In this document: positions 17,275 to 25,962 of the stretch, piece after piece
How the letters are laid out: each line of letters begins with the position of its first letter
Numbering within the stretch: the stretch's first letter is position 1
IMG/VR virus record: IMGVR_UViG_3300044994_000320
Span: 1 to 64,000 of that record
DNA from: a virus
Reading direction: 5' to 3' (one strand)
DNA: 64,000 nucleotides
Notes under the pieces: generated by a model
What the model was told of the DNA's origin: nothing
The model's database searches: none
The model's input: only the letters and a program-made list of their open reading frames with translations
Program-made: the position numbers and the translations under genes

Positions 17275-17430
17275 ATGGCCGACATCACAAAATGCAATAA
17301 CGAAAATTGCCCGATCAAAACTTATTGCTATCGGTGGCTAGCCCAAGCCACCGATCACCAATCTTACGCTATGTTTGAGTACGATAAGAAAAAAGGCTGC
17401 TCGTTCTTTATCGAGAAAAAGGAGGGCTAA
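17275..17430 (+). CDS. Small Cys-rich phage protein (not in ORF track)
   Basis: MADITKCNNENCPIKTYCYRW...C; paralog of 22051..22305. Confidence 0.65.
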   Translation: MADITKCNNENCPIKTYCYRWLAQATDHQSYAMFEYDKKKGCSFFIEKKEG

Positions 17431-17517
17431 AATGCCTAAGTTAGACAAACAAGTCAAATACCGCGAAAATTGCGCCGCGTATTTCAACGTAAAAAAACAA
17501 CGAAAAAAGAGGTTTGT

Positions 17518-17937
17518 GTGGCCAGAAAAAAACCTGTGGAAGTCGACGAAAAAGAGTTAAAACAGATAAAATCACGCATGTCCCCCCTTTTCCCAAAGCC
17601 CAAATGGGTAGAGTTCATTGAAATGATGCTCGCTCATAAAAACAACGGGGTTAAGTGCTTCGTCTATCGCTCACAAAGCACTGTTAGCAAATACGTTTAC
17701 GTGCGCAGAAAAGGCAAAGAAGTAAAAGTGCGCTTTTCAAATCACATGCCGGCTAAGAGGAAGATTCAAGAAGGAGATTCGCATTATTACATCGGCGTAT
17801 CCCAAAACGGTTGCCTATCTACCACAAAAGCCGTTCCAAAGATTTTAGCAGATCTCGGCATAATTATTCCCGGCGCCGAGCTAAGCGCACTCGATTTGAG
17901 AAGAGAAACCCTGTGGAATGAAGGAGACAAAAAATGA
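17518..17937 (+). CDS. Hypothetical basic protein (VRFSNH motif)
   Basis: GAGG RBS before GTG 17518. Confidence 0.6.
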   Translation: MARKKPVEVDEKELKQIKSRMSPLFPKPKWVEFIEMMLAHKNNGVKCFVYRSQSTVSKYVYVRRKGKEVKVRFSNHMPAKRKIQEGDSHYYIGVSQNGCLSTTKAVPKILADLGIIIPGAELSALDLRRETLWNEGDKK

Positions 17938-18266
17938 TTCAGAAGTATAAGATGCAAAGGCTACCAGAAGACGCCGAAACAATAGAAGCCGTAGTTGTAT
18001 CTTGGGCTACATGGCAAGAAGTCTGCGACCTTTTAGATGGGGCGATCATCAACGAAAAAAATCCGGCAAGAAAAGTAAAAACTTTCGCCTCAAAATGCGG
18101 AGAAAAAGGCCCGGAGTACATCGAGTTTACAATACCTAAAAGTGGTGAATTTGAAGAAGTGATCGTCCAACACGGAGACATCCTCGCAAAAGGCCCGTTC
18201 AAGCCTTTCGGCTTTATGGGGTTTAAGGCAGAAGTCTTCCATGAACTCTATGAAAAGGTCAGATAA
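17934..18266 (+). CDS. PGDYG-like phage protein
   Basis: IEAV..HGDIL.KG..F..LYE; paralog of 21289..21600. Confidence 0.65.
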   Translation: MIQKYKMQRLPEDAETIEAVVVSWATWQEVCDLLDGAIINEKNPARKVKTFASKCGEKGPEYIEFTIPKSGEFEEVIVQHGDILAKGPFKPFGFMGFKAEVFHELYEKVR

Positions 18267-18564
18267 GCCCTACGATACTGTTTCTACGATACACGGTAAA
18301 AAAGGCTACGCTAAAGGTTGTCGGTGCGCATACTGCAGGGCGGCGCATGCCGCCTATCAGCGCGATTATTACAGGCGGAATCCAGGCCGAAACGCCTATT
18401 ATCTAAAAAAGTCGCGCTGTCAAAAAGACAGAAAGCCCAAAGGGCGGCCGCTTAAGACTAAAGCGCCTTTCAAGATTTTAGAAGTCGATATGGGCTCATT
18501 AAGAAAACGAGAAATCAGATCCCCTTTATTACCGAGTGATTTTTTCTACAAGGAGTATTTATGA
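18241..18564 (+). CDS. Small Zn-binding protein (HG..GY..GCRC..C)
   Basis: HGKKGYAKGCRCAYCRAA motif. Confidence 0.55.
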   Translation: MNSMKRSDKPYDTVSTIHGKKGYAKGCRCAYCRAAHAAYQRDYYRRNPGRNAYYLKKSRCQKDRKPKGRPLKTKAPFKILEVDMGSLRKREIRSPLLPSDFFYKEYL

Positions 18565-18767
18565 AAACATGCAAAACTTGTGCGGCATGGGGCACGGTTA
18601 AAAAAGGTGCCTGTGATCGCGTGTTTTGGCCTCGCGGCGATGGCATGCGCTTCGAGATCGAAGTGTACTCACGTAATGACTCTGTAGAAGTAAATCTGAT
18701 GACTGACGAAAATTTCGGTTGTGTTTTACACGTACAAAAAGAGGATAAAGAAAGAGGTGAAGTATGA
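18561..18767 (+). CDS. Small Cys-rich hypothetical protein
   Basis: CKTC..C..FGCVLH; AAGGAG RBS. Confidence 0.65.
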   Translation: MKTCKTCAAWGTVKKGACDRVFWPRGDGMRFEIEVYSRNDSVEVNLMTDENFGCVLHVQKEDKERGEV

Positions 18768-19204
18768 AAATTAGAAAATGGGTCATGCAGGTAGAAGGTG
18801 GTAGATTTCTGTCCTACGGCAAAAAGGGGCGTATGCTCTTAACTACTAACGTAGGTAAAGCTATTATGGAGGATACGAAAGAAGACATACTGTTATACTC
18901 CGATAAGTCCTTAAAAACAAAGCCTAAAAAACTAACTTTTAAGTTAGTCGATAAGCCTACTGGTAAACCGGCTGTATATAAGTGGGTGATACAAGCCACC
19001 GAAAACCTCGGTAGACTAAATAATACAATCAACGGTTGGTACGTCAAGGGTTGGTACGCTAACTACGATAAGTACGACAATGTTACTTTCTCTAAGGCTG
19101 TAAGAAAAGCATTACTTTATGACAGCAGGGAAGATGCTCTTTGTTTTTCATACTCGTATGTAAAATGGAAAGTGAAGAAACTCGTATTTGAGCTTGCTGA
19201 GTAA
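18764..19204 (+). CDS. Hypothetical protein with internal duplication
   Basis: KWVMQ..KA..D/KKL.FKL repeated as KWVIQ..KA..D/KKLVFEL. Confidence 0.65.
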   Translation: MKIRKWVMQVEGGRFLSYGKKGRMLLTTNVGKAIMEDTKEDILLYSDKSLKTKPKKLTFKLVDKPTGKPAVYKWVIQATENLGRLNNTINGWYVKGWYANYDKYDNVTFSKAVRKALLYDSREDALCFSYSYVKWKVKKLVFELAE

Positions 19205-19217
19205 TTGTGGAGGAAAC

Positions 19218-19427
19218 ATGGCTGAGTTACGCGTAAAAGACCTCACAGGGTCATTAAACGGCATTGTCGTCGATATTGGCGGACAGGAAAGAGTCATTGT
19301 TAGCGGCACTCCGAATATGCTGTGGACGTGCTCACCAAGTGAGTATGCTCTTGAAACTCGACGGGTAGTTCCTCATTCTATGACAGCTCAGGAAATTCTT
19401 GATTTAAGAGTTGTTAAAAAACTATGA
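19218..19427 (+). CDS. Hypothetical protein
   Basis: GGAGG RBS before MAELRV. Confidence 0.6.
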   Translation: MAELRVKDLTGSLNGIVVDIGGQERVIVSGTPNMLWTCSPSEYALETRRVVPHSMTAQEILDLRVVKKL

Positions 19428-19966
19428 CACCGAATGAGTCTCTCATTGATGAGCTAATCGGTAATTTTTGTCTTCGGTTTGGCGATATTATCAAGTATCT
19501 TGAAACGTGCGAGATAGATTCCGCAGACGGTAGTGTTGATATTCTGCCAATAGTCTATAATCAGGCAGAAAGCTATCGGGTATCGTTTATTTACTCGCGT
19601 GGGATAAATTGGCATACTGATAAACAGTACGCTAAACAAGGTGGCATTCAGTATTGCTCAATGTTCGTTTTAAGTAATCCGGGTTACATTTTTAAGCGCA
19701 GATTGCAAACAGGGCAAATAGAAGCGCACGAAAAAGTCTTCTTTTCATTCGATATAACAAAGCGGCACGGGCTATTCTGGAATCGTAAGCGTCTATCAAA
19801 AAACAAACGACATAATTGGGTCGGTCTATCTATAGATTCCTACAAAGTTTTAAGCGAAGCCAAGTGCCATGAAATAATATGCAGTACAATTTCAATGTCC
19901 GTGGATGACTTTATTTGTAAAAGGTGGTTGAATCGTGTATTGATAGGTCAAGAAGCTGTTAGTTAA
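19424..19966 (+). CDS. Hypothetical protein (AT-rich)
   Basis: 180 aa ORF, ATGA coupling. Confidence 0.6.
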   Translation: MTPNESLIDELIGNFCLRFGDIIKYLETCEIDSADGSVDILPIVYNQAESYRVSFIYSRGINWHTDKQYAKQGGIQYCSMFVLSNPGYIFKRRLQTGQIEAHEKVFFSFDITKRHGLFWNRKRLSKNKRHNWVGLSIDSYKVLSEAKCHEIICSTISMSVDDFICKRWLNRVLIGQEAVS

Positions 19967-19986
19967 GAAAGGTTTGCGAGGAAACG

Positions 19987-20176
19987 ATGACACCACAAGA
20001 AGCAAAAATCTGGCTGGATAAACAGTCAGAAGATACACAAAAAATAGTCAGGGGGGATCATTGCTTCGGCAATGGACTCCGGGTACGCCTCCTGCGTACA
20101 AAATTCTTATGGGCTTGTGGCTTCTGGATATGCTTTAGAGTGGAGATCAATAGCGGAAGGAGATGACAGAAAATGA
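19987..20176 (+). pseudogene. Small gene apparently frameshifted at a G6 run (20051-20056)
   Basis: Removing one G gives MTPQEAKIWLDKQSEDTQKIVRGIIASAMDSGY...DDRK* whose stop overlaps the next ATG. Confidence 0.45.
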
Positions 20177-20335
20177 AAATACAGAAATGCAAATACGGTA
20201 ATAAAGACTGGAAAAAGTATGTCAAACCAGTCTGGCAGAATAGAGGAGTCTGGAGAAAAGGTGACCCGAAAATATATCGTTGGTTGAACTTTTTAATAAT
20301 TAAAAGCTCTAATAAATAAAGGAACAAAAAAACTT

Positions 20336-20779
20336 ATGACACCAATAAAAACAGTACAAGATCTTATTAACGCATGCAAGGAAGGTGAGAAGCCGATTCT
20401 AAAAGTTACAGGTTTAGTATGGAATGAATTTGAACTTGATGAAGGGTCACTTTTAAGAGTCACTGGATATGCGGGAATACAATACGATTGTCATGTGTTT
20501 ACTTACAATTTTGATGAGTTCAAAGAGTATAATCGGAAGCTTTTGAAGCCAAATTGGTTTCTTAAAAATGGTGGAATGGGCACCGCAGAAGAATTTGGTG
20601 CTTGGGAAACACAGAATAAGGTGCTATATTTTGGGGAAGAAGAATCAGCTTCATTGTCGAAACACTACCTTGAGCATTACACCGAGGATGTTCAGGATGT
20701 TATTGAAGCAAAAAGCACTAATAAGACCTATTCCCCATTTGAAGATTCAATAGAATTTCATGAGTCTTGTTCAGGATAG
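20336..20779 (+). CDS. Hypothetical protein, tandem paralog A
   Basis: Aligns closely with protein starting at 20818 (KTVQDLI..GEKPILKVTGLV..GTAEEFGAWE). Confidence 0.7.
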   Translation: MTPIKTVQDLINACKEGEKPILKVTGLVWNEFELDEGSLLRVTGYAGIQYDCHVFTYNFDEFKEYNRKLLKPNWFLKNGGMGTAEEFGAWETQNKVLYFGEEESASLSKHYLEHYTEDVQDVIEAKSTNKTYSPFEDSIEFHESCSG

Positions 20780-20817
20780 GGAAAATTAGTGGAACTCAAA
20801 AAGCAAGAGACAGAAAA

Positions 20818-21600
20818 ATGAAAACAGTACAAGATCTCATTGAAGCATGTAATAGAGGTGAGAAGCCGATTCTAAAAGTTACTGGCTTAGTGTGTGATGA
20901 GTTTGAGCTTGAGGCAGGTTCTTTTTTGAGAGTTACTGGCTACGAAAAAATAAGGAACGACTGCCACACAGTTAACGACTGTCACGCATTCACTTACAAT
21001 TTTGACGAGTTTATAGAGTATAACAGAAAATTGTTAAAACGAAACTGGGTTCTCAAAAACGGTATAATGGGGACTGCCGAAGAATTTGGAGCATGGGAAA
21101 TGAAAAATACAGTATTGTATTTTGATGGAGATGTTTCAGACCCATTGTACAAATACGATCTTGAGCATTACACAGGTAGTGCTCGTGAAGTCCTTTTAAC
21201 CGAAATTGCACGATTAGAAAAAGAGTTATCGGAATACAGGGAGAAGTTAGCACACTTGGAAACTGAAAACAAGGTCGGAGGAAACAATATGAATAGCGCA
21301 AGAAAATACAGGAAGAAACCAGTTGTAGTTGAGGCCATTCAGGTCTCGTGGAGGAACTGGAATGCTTTAGGTGATTTTATGCCTGGCGTTATTTCAGAGC
21401 AGAATCCGGCGCGAAAATCATTGAGCTACTCGGAAACGTGCGGAGAACCGGGGCCGGAGTATATTGAGTTTTCTATACCGACACTGGAAGGTGTCATGCT
21501 CGCAAAGCACGGCGATTATATTGTTAAAGGTGTGAACGGAGAGTTTTATCCAGTTAAGCCGGACATTTTTGAGAAAACCTATGAGGGGGTAGCAGAATGA
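20818..21600 (+). CDS. Tandem paralog B fused in frame to a PGDYG-like protein (internal RBS and ATG at 21289)
   Basis: GGAGG RBS before internal ATG; C-part KYRKKPVVVEAIQ..IPTLEG..HGDYIVKG..EFYPVKPDIFEKTYE. Confidence 0.7.
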   Translation: MKTVQDLIEACNRGEKPILKVTGLVCDEFELEAGSFLRVTGYEKIRNDCHTVNDCHAFTYNFDEFIEYNRKLLKRNWVLKNGIMGTAEEFGAWEMKNTVLYFDGDVSDPLYKYDLEHYTGSAREVLLTEIARLEKELSEYREKLAHLETENKVGGNNMNSARKYRKKPVVVEAIQVSWRNWNALGDFMPGVISEQNPARKSLSYSETCGEPGPEYIEFSIPTLEGVMLAKHGDYIVKGVNGEFYPVKPDIFEKTYEGVAE

Positions 21601-21801
21601 AAATCTTGTGCTTTGAGGTAAGTTACGTAGGGTTCAGCAGTAAAAATGCTGTACTCAAAAAACAGATCATCGAAAAGTGGGGGTGAAACATTTAGTTTAG
21701 CAGAGTGTATTAAATTATACAAGAAAACAACAAATCTTCCACTTATGGAATGCAAGCACAAAGTTGAGCACATTCTTGGTAATAGGATATATAAGGTATG
21801 A
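21597..21801 (+). pseudogene. Small gene apparently frameshifted at a G5 run (21679-21683), L7/L12 C-terminal-like helices
   Basis: Removing one G restores ...KWGETFSLAECIKLYKKTTNLPLMECKHKVE...*, with ATGA coupling at both ends. Confidence 0.45.
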
Positions 21802-22050
21802 GCTACATAGTTTTAGGAATAAGTCAAAATGAAAGGGCTAATGTAAAAGGTCATCCAATCCCTATGACCTCTGCCAACGATGACTCCGGTGGTACGTGGG
21901 CGTTGTTCGCAACCAGAGCAGAAGCCAAGAGATGTGCAGAGAGGCATCCATTTTAGCACTGCTGGGTATAAGATCATTGAGTGGCCATATTCTCTGCCGA
22001 CGGATATAAGTAAATGACATCCGAAAAAGAGAATGTGTCGTTTACGATAG

Positions 22051-22305
22051 ATGCGTTGGAGTGGTATCATGATGTCTGATATTACAAAGTGCACCGGAGA
22101 ATCTTGTCATGCACGTGATGCTTGCATGAGGTTTACTATTCCTGCAAAACCAGATGGGCAAAGTTGGATGGCCCCTCCAAAATGGACTTTCACTCCGCTG
22201 TGTATGCGAGATGTCTTAATACAGTGCCCATACTTTTTGGCCGACGAGTTACGTGTTAAACAAGACACGGGCACTTACCTCAGCGGTAGAGCAACGGACT
22301 CATAA
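22051..22305 (+). CDS. Small Cys-rich phage protein
   Basis: MSDITKCTGESCHARDACMRF..CPYF; paralog of 17275..17430. Confidence 0.65.
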   Translation: MRWSGIMMSDITKCTGESCHARDACMRFTIPAKPDGQSWMAPPKWTFTPLCMRDVLIQCPYFLADELRVKQDTGTYLSGRATDS

Positions 22306-22372
22306 CCATTTGGTCGTTGGTTCTATACCAACAGTGCCCAAGATAGTCAGTATTAGGAAATAGGAGATAAAA

Positions 22373-22843
22373 ATGACACCAGAACAACAGGCTATTTACG
22401 ATAAGCTTCCGACGCACATCCTGCTGACGCCGGGAGTAGATAAGTGGCGGAAGGGAGACGAAATGTTTTATGACGATTGGTATCCAATCGAAATTGAAAC
22501 AGACGGAGAGTGGTATGGGAAGAAAATCGGGAAACTAATAACTGCCCGCCGCCCTATTCCTGCACCCATAAGAGAAGCGCAGGCTTGGTGGACTTTGTAT
22601 AATCGGTTAGCGACAGTTGTCCAGGATTCGCGCGATGGTGTGATTTATGCGTTTGTTATCAGTACACCAAAACGCTACTTTTTAGAAGTAATCAAATCAC
22701 GCTCGTTACGTGGAATACGAAAGTTTGCAAGCGAAGAGGCCGCTAAGAATGCTATCCCTGTTCTCGGTGGTGAAGACAAAATCAGCGAAATGTTCTCGGT
22801 AGGGCCGGGCGTGTTCGAGCAGTGGCTTCAAGATGAAATCTGA
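22373..22843 (+). CDS. Hypothetical protein
   Basis: AGGAG RBS, 156 aa. Confidence 0.7.
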   Translation: MTPEQQAIYDKLPTHILLTPGVDKWRKGDEMFYDDWYPIEIETDGEWYGKKIGKLITARRPIPAPIREAQAWWTLYNRLATVVQDSRDGVIYAFVISTPKRYFLEVIKSRSLRGIRKFASEEAAKNAIPVLGGEDKISEMFSVGPGVFEQWLQDEI

Positions 22844-22875
22844 AAGAAAGGCACTAAATAGTCCAGGAGAAAATT

Positions 22876-23235
22876 ATGAGCAGCACACCATTCGCTAAAC
22901 GCCAAATTGCCAGAATGTTTTGGCATGACAGGATTAAGTTCCTTAACAAAGCTGAGAACTTAAGAGAGGAAGGAATCGATTTGATCAAAAATCTTGATGA
23001 AAGGTTAGCTGAAGCTGAGTACGAAAGAAGAAAAGAAACAAGAGGAGAAAAAATGACCGGTTATCGTTGCGCAATTTGTTTCAAAAATGCGCCCCGCCTA
23101 AGTGTATATCGAGGACTGTGGTTATGTGATACCTGTAAAGCAGAACCTCGTGTTGCACGCAAAAACCCTGAGCTAAACGCCCCTGGCACAGCACAAGAGA
23201 AAAGAAGAGAAAGCGATAATACGCGCCACCGATAA
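22876..23235 (+). CDS. Hypothetical protein with C-terminal CxxC..CxxC
   Basis: AGGAG RBS; a second RBS/ATG lies internally near 23053. Confidence 0.55.
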   Translation: MSSTPFAKRQIARMFWHDRIKFLNKAENLREEGIDLIKNLDERLAEAEYERRKETRGEKMTGYRCAICFKNAPRLSVYRGLWLCDTCKAEPRVARKNPELNAPGTAQEKRRESDNTRHR

Positions 23236-23261
23236 AAAGATATCAATCGAGAGGCGCCAAA

Positions 23262-23474
23262 ATGAAGCCGTTCAATGTTCTTTGTGCGAATTGTAAAAAT
23301 ACGATTACAGCAATGTCTCATGTCGGGTTTCACCGATGCCAGCTTTGTTTCGCAAAATTAGTAATAACAAGTGAAGAAGATGCGCTTGGAAGATACATAT
23401 CGAAAAAAGCTCCGATAGACGAAGAAGAGCTAAAAATCGCGCGAAAAATAAACCGCCTGTTAGCTCTGGAATAA
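23262..23474 (+). CDS. Zn-ribbon protein
   Basis: CANC..CQLC. Confidence 0.6.
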   Translation: MKPFNVLCANCKNTITAMSHVGFHRCQLCFAKLVITSEEDALGRYISKKAPIDEEELKIARKINRLLALE

Positions 23475-23479
23475 AGCCC

Positions 23480-23782
23480 ATGGCCGTAGAGAGAATCAAC
23501 AACAAAGCGCTGTTAGTTGCTTGCGCGGTATGCCACGCAAGAAACTACCTCGAAGTAGAAAACAGCCGCACGGTATGTCCAGAGTGTATGTCCGGGCTTT
23601 ACGTCAATTCCGATACGAATAAGCATGCATTCGAGATCGCCCGCGGCACGGCCGCATCAGGCATAACGGTAAGCAAAGGCGAAGAAGACCTCTTTCGCCG
23701 CGCCGGCGTTGCTGCCAATCACGGCAAACCGCCACGCGCTCTACGGCCAGAAAAGACCGGTAATCGCCTTCTGGACTTGTGA
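23480..23782 (+). CDS. Zn-ribbon protein
   Basis: CAVC..CPEC. Confidence 0.6.
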   Translation: MAVERINNKALLVACAVCHARNYLEVENSRTVCPECMSGLYVNSDTNKHAFEIARGTAASGITVSKGEEDLFRRAGVAANHGKPPRALRPEKTGNRLLDL

Positions 23783-24129
23783 TTCTGGCGCAGAACAAAT
23801 GCCCCTAAAATTCGCGCCGTAAAACAGCACAAAGCTCCCTATAAGGAAATACAGGAGAGGTAAATGATCGCCGCTTTCTCTGCCATCTTTTAGGGCCGAA
23901 TAGCACCATTGTCTTTTTCCAGTAATTTGCGCAAAATTTCGCGCGAGGAAAGAGACTATGTGATATTAGGAGAGAGAAGAATACCTTAAGAGTAGCATAG
24001 AAACAAGCAGAAAAGAGTCTATTCTCTGATCATTTTAGCATTGCGATTATGATATAAAAACCTGCCTCGACCCGCCGGGCCTCGAAGCGGGCAAGAAACA
24101 CGATAATAGCCCGGTAAAAGGAGATCAAA

Positions 24130-25380
24130 GTGAATAAAAAAGCTGGTAATACGGAACGTCTTTTAGACGCCTTTAAGGATTTGTGGCCGGCAAAGGGCTT
24201 GGATGGTTTGCCTTCTTCTCTCTCAGAAGAGGCTTCTAAAAGTCCAGAAAGCTCTTTTTCGCGCGAAAAAGGCGAGGAAAAGGAGAGTGTTTCAAAGTCC
24301 GGTCTGGGGTATTGGCGTCTGCCTCGTAAGGGTTCAGGAGAGTTTCACGCTTCTTGTTCTTTGGTTATTTTAGTTCCTCGCCCTCTTTTAGCGGAGATTT
24401 TTTCGCGATTTTCGGACTGGGAATTGGCAGAACTCAGTAGCAGAGTAGAGAAGGAGCTTGAGGACAAGATGGGGCCTTCTTCGACCTGGAAAAATAACCC
24501 CGCTAATTGCGAGGCGGTGGTTTCGTTTCTTTTACAGGACGCTCTTACAGAAAAGACTAAAAGCCAAGTTTTAGCGCAAAAAATACCAGAAGGCTTAGTA
24601 AAAGAGCCTATGGTGGAGATAGGCTTATCGGTTAGTACGTGGAGAACACTTCTTTTAGGGGCCTCTGTTTTGAAGGTGTTTTACGGCGACCAGTCCTTGC
24701 GTTTTGCGCCATCAAAGATTTCAGATACAGAAAACCCAGTAGAGCTGCACCCGGCAGATATTCAAGAGCTACTCGCCATGGAAATAGGCGCGGCTCTGGG
24801 CAGACTGCAGGGCCGCAAAAGACCCATAAACATAGAAGACGTTATTAAATGGGCGCACGATGCGGTAGCCCAAATGGAACTACCGTCTCAAGAGGATATA
24901 ACAATGGGCAGAGAACCCCGCACCGCACAGAAAGAAGTACAGCAGGTAGAGGCTAAAGTAAATGGCCCGAGAACGCCATCGCTACTCCCCACCCCCACCT
25001 ACCAAAAGGCATTCAGGGCCGCGTCATTTTTAGCGCAAACAGACCAAACGGCGCTAAGATATATAGACCCTGTGCAATGGCTAATGCTCAGAGAATTATT
25101 CCAAGAGGTAGCCCACAGCCTTATTGCGTACACGCAAGACCATAACGTGCAGTACACACTGCTGTACGAACAAGACCCGCCTACGACCATACCAGAAGTA
25201 TTCGACCCGTCTCTAAAAGATTCCGCTTCAGCTAAAAGAAATAGCTATATCGAGAATTTTTTAGCGCCGAGTAAAAGCAAAACAAGTGAAGAGCAGGAGA
25301 GCATAGAGCAGATCGAGAAAAGACTCAGAGAAGGCCAGTCGGGATTTGTTACGCCCACTCAAGATTTGTCCCAAGGATAA
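24130..25380 (+). CDS. Hypothetical 416-aa protein isolated between two long non-coding regions
   Basis: AAGGAG RBS before GTG; no motif recognised. Confidence 0.65.
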   Translation: MNKKAGNTERLLDAFKDLWPAKGLDGLPSSLSEEASKSPESSFSREKGEEKESVSKSGLGYWRLPRKGSGEFHASCSLVILVPRPLLAEIFSRFSDWELAELSSRVEKELEDKMGPSSTWKNNPANCEAVVSFLLQDALTEKTKSQVLAQKIPEGLVKEPMVEIGLSVSTWRTLLLGASVLKVFYGDQSLRFAPSKISDTENPVELHPADIQELLAMEIGAALGRLQGRKRPINIEDVIKWAHDAVAQMELPSQEDITMGREPRTAQKEVQQVEAKVNGPRTPSLLPTPTYQKAFRAASFLAQTDQTALRYIDPVQWLMLRELFQEVAHSLIAYTQDHNVQYTLLYEQDPPTTIPEVFDPSLKDSASAKRNSYIENFLAPSKSKTSEEQESIEQIEKRLREGQSGFVTPTQDLSQG

Positions 25381-25962
25381 AATTCGGCCACGGGGCCAGC
25401 GGGCCTACCTACATCGTAACGGCAGAATAATTTCAAAGTCCCGATATTTTCGGCCAAGCCTACCGCATAAAAAAGTCCACCGCTTTTAGCCCGCTACTAC
25501 GGCCCGACCAGCCCGCCCGCCGAAACACCGCCAACATAAATTTAAGAAAAACCGCGCAAAGATTTAGCCGGCTTACAGATAGATAAAAGTAGAAAGTAGT
25601 AAGATGGGATCAGCGTCTTCCAGAGATAGCGAAAAGGAATTCAGATAGAAGGTAGATTAAGATTAAACCCGTCTTAGCCCTATATTTACGGTTGTCCAAA
25701 GAAAGCCCCCCACCAGCCCGTTTTTAAGGTTTCACGTATAAATAGGCTAAGAGCGGCTCAGAAACCCCATGATTTGAAGACGGCTGCACAACCCCGCGTT
25801 TAAGGGTGTACCACAGCTAATACACGCCGTGCTCCGCCGTCGCCCGCTATCACCAACAATAGAATGTAAATTCGCTTGAAATTCTGACCAGATAGCTAAA
25901 AGAAGCGTAACAAACCCTTTGGAATTTAGCCGGGTAGCCGTACCATACTATCCGGCATTTTT

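Noticed and set aside
24982-25007. CCCCACCCCCACCTACC resembling the 7.4-kb array
   Set aside because: Lies in coding sequence (LLPTPTYQ); single short occurrence
25381-25962. Possible tRNA genes in long intergenic region
   Set aside because: No T-loop GTTCRA motif or cloverleaf found by eye
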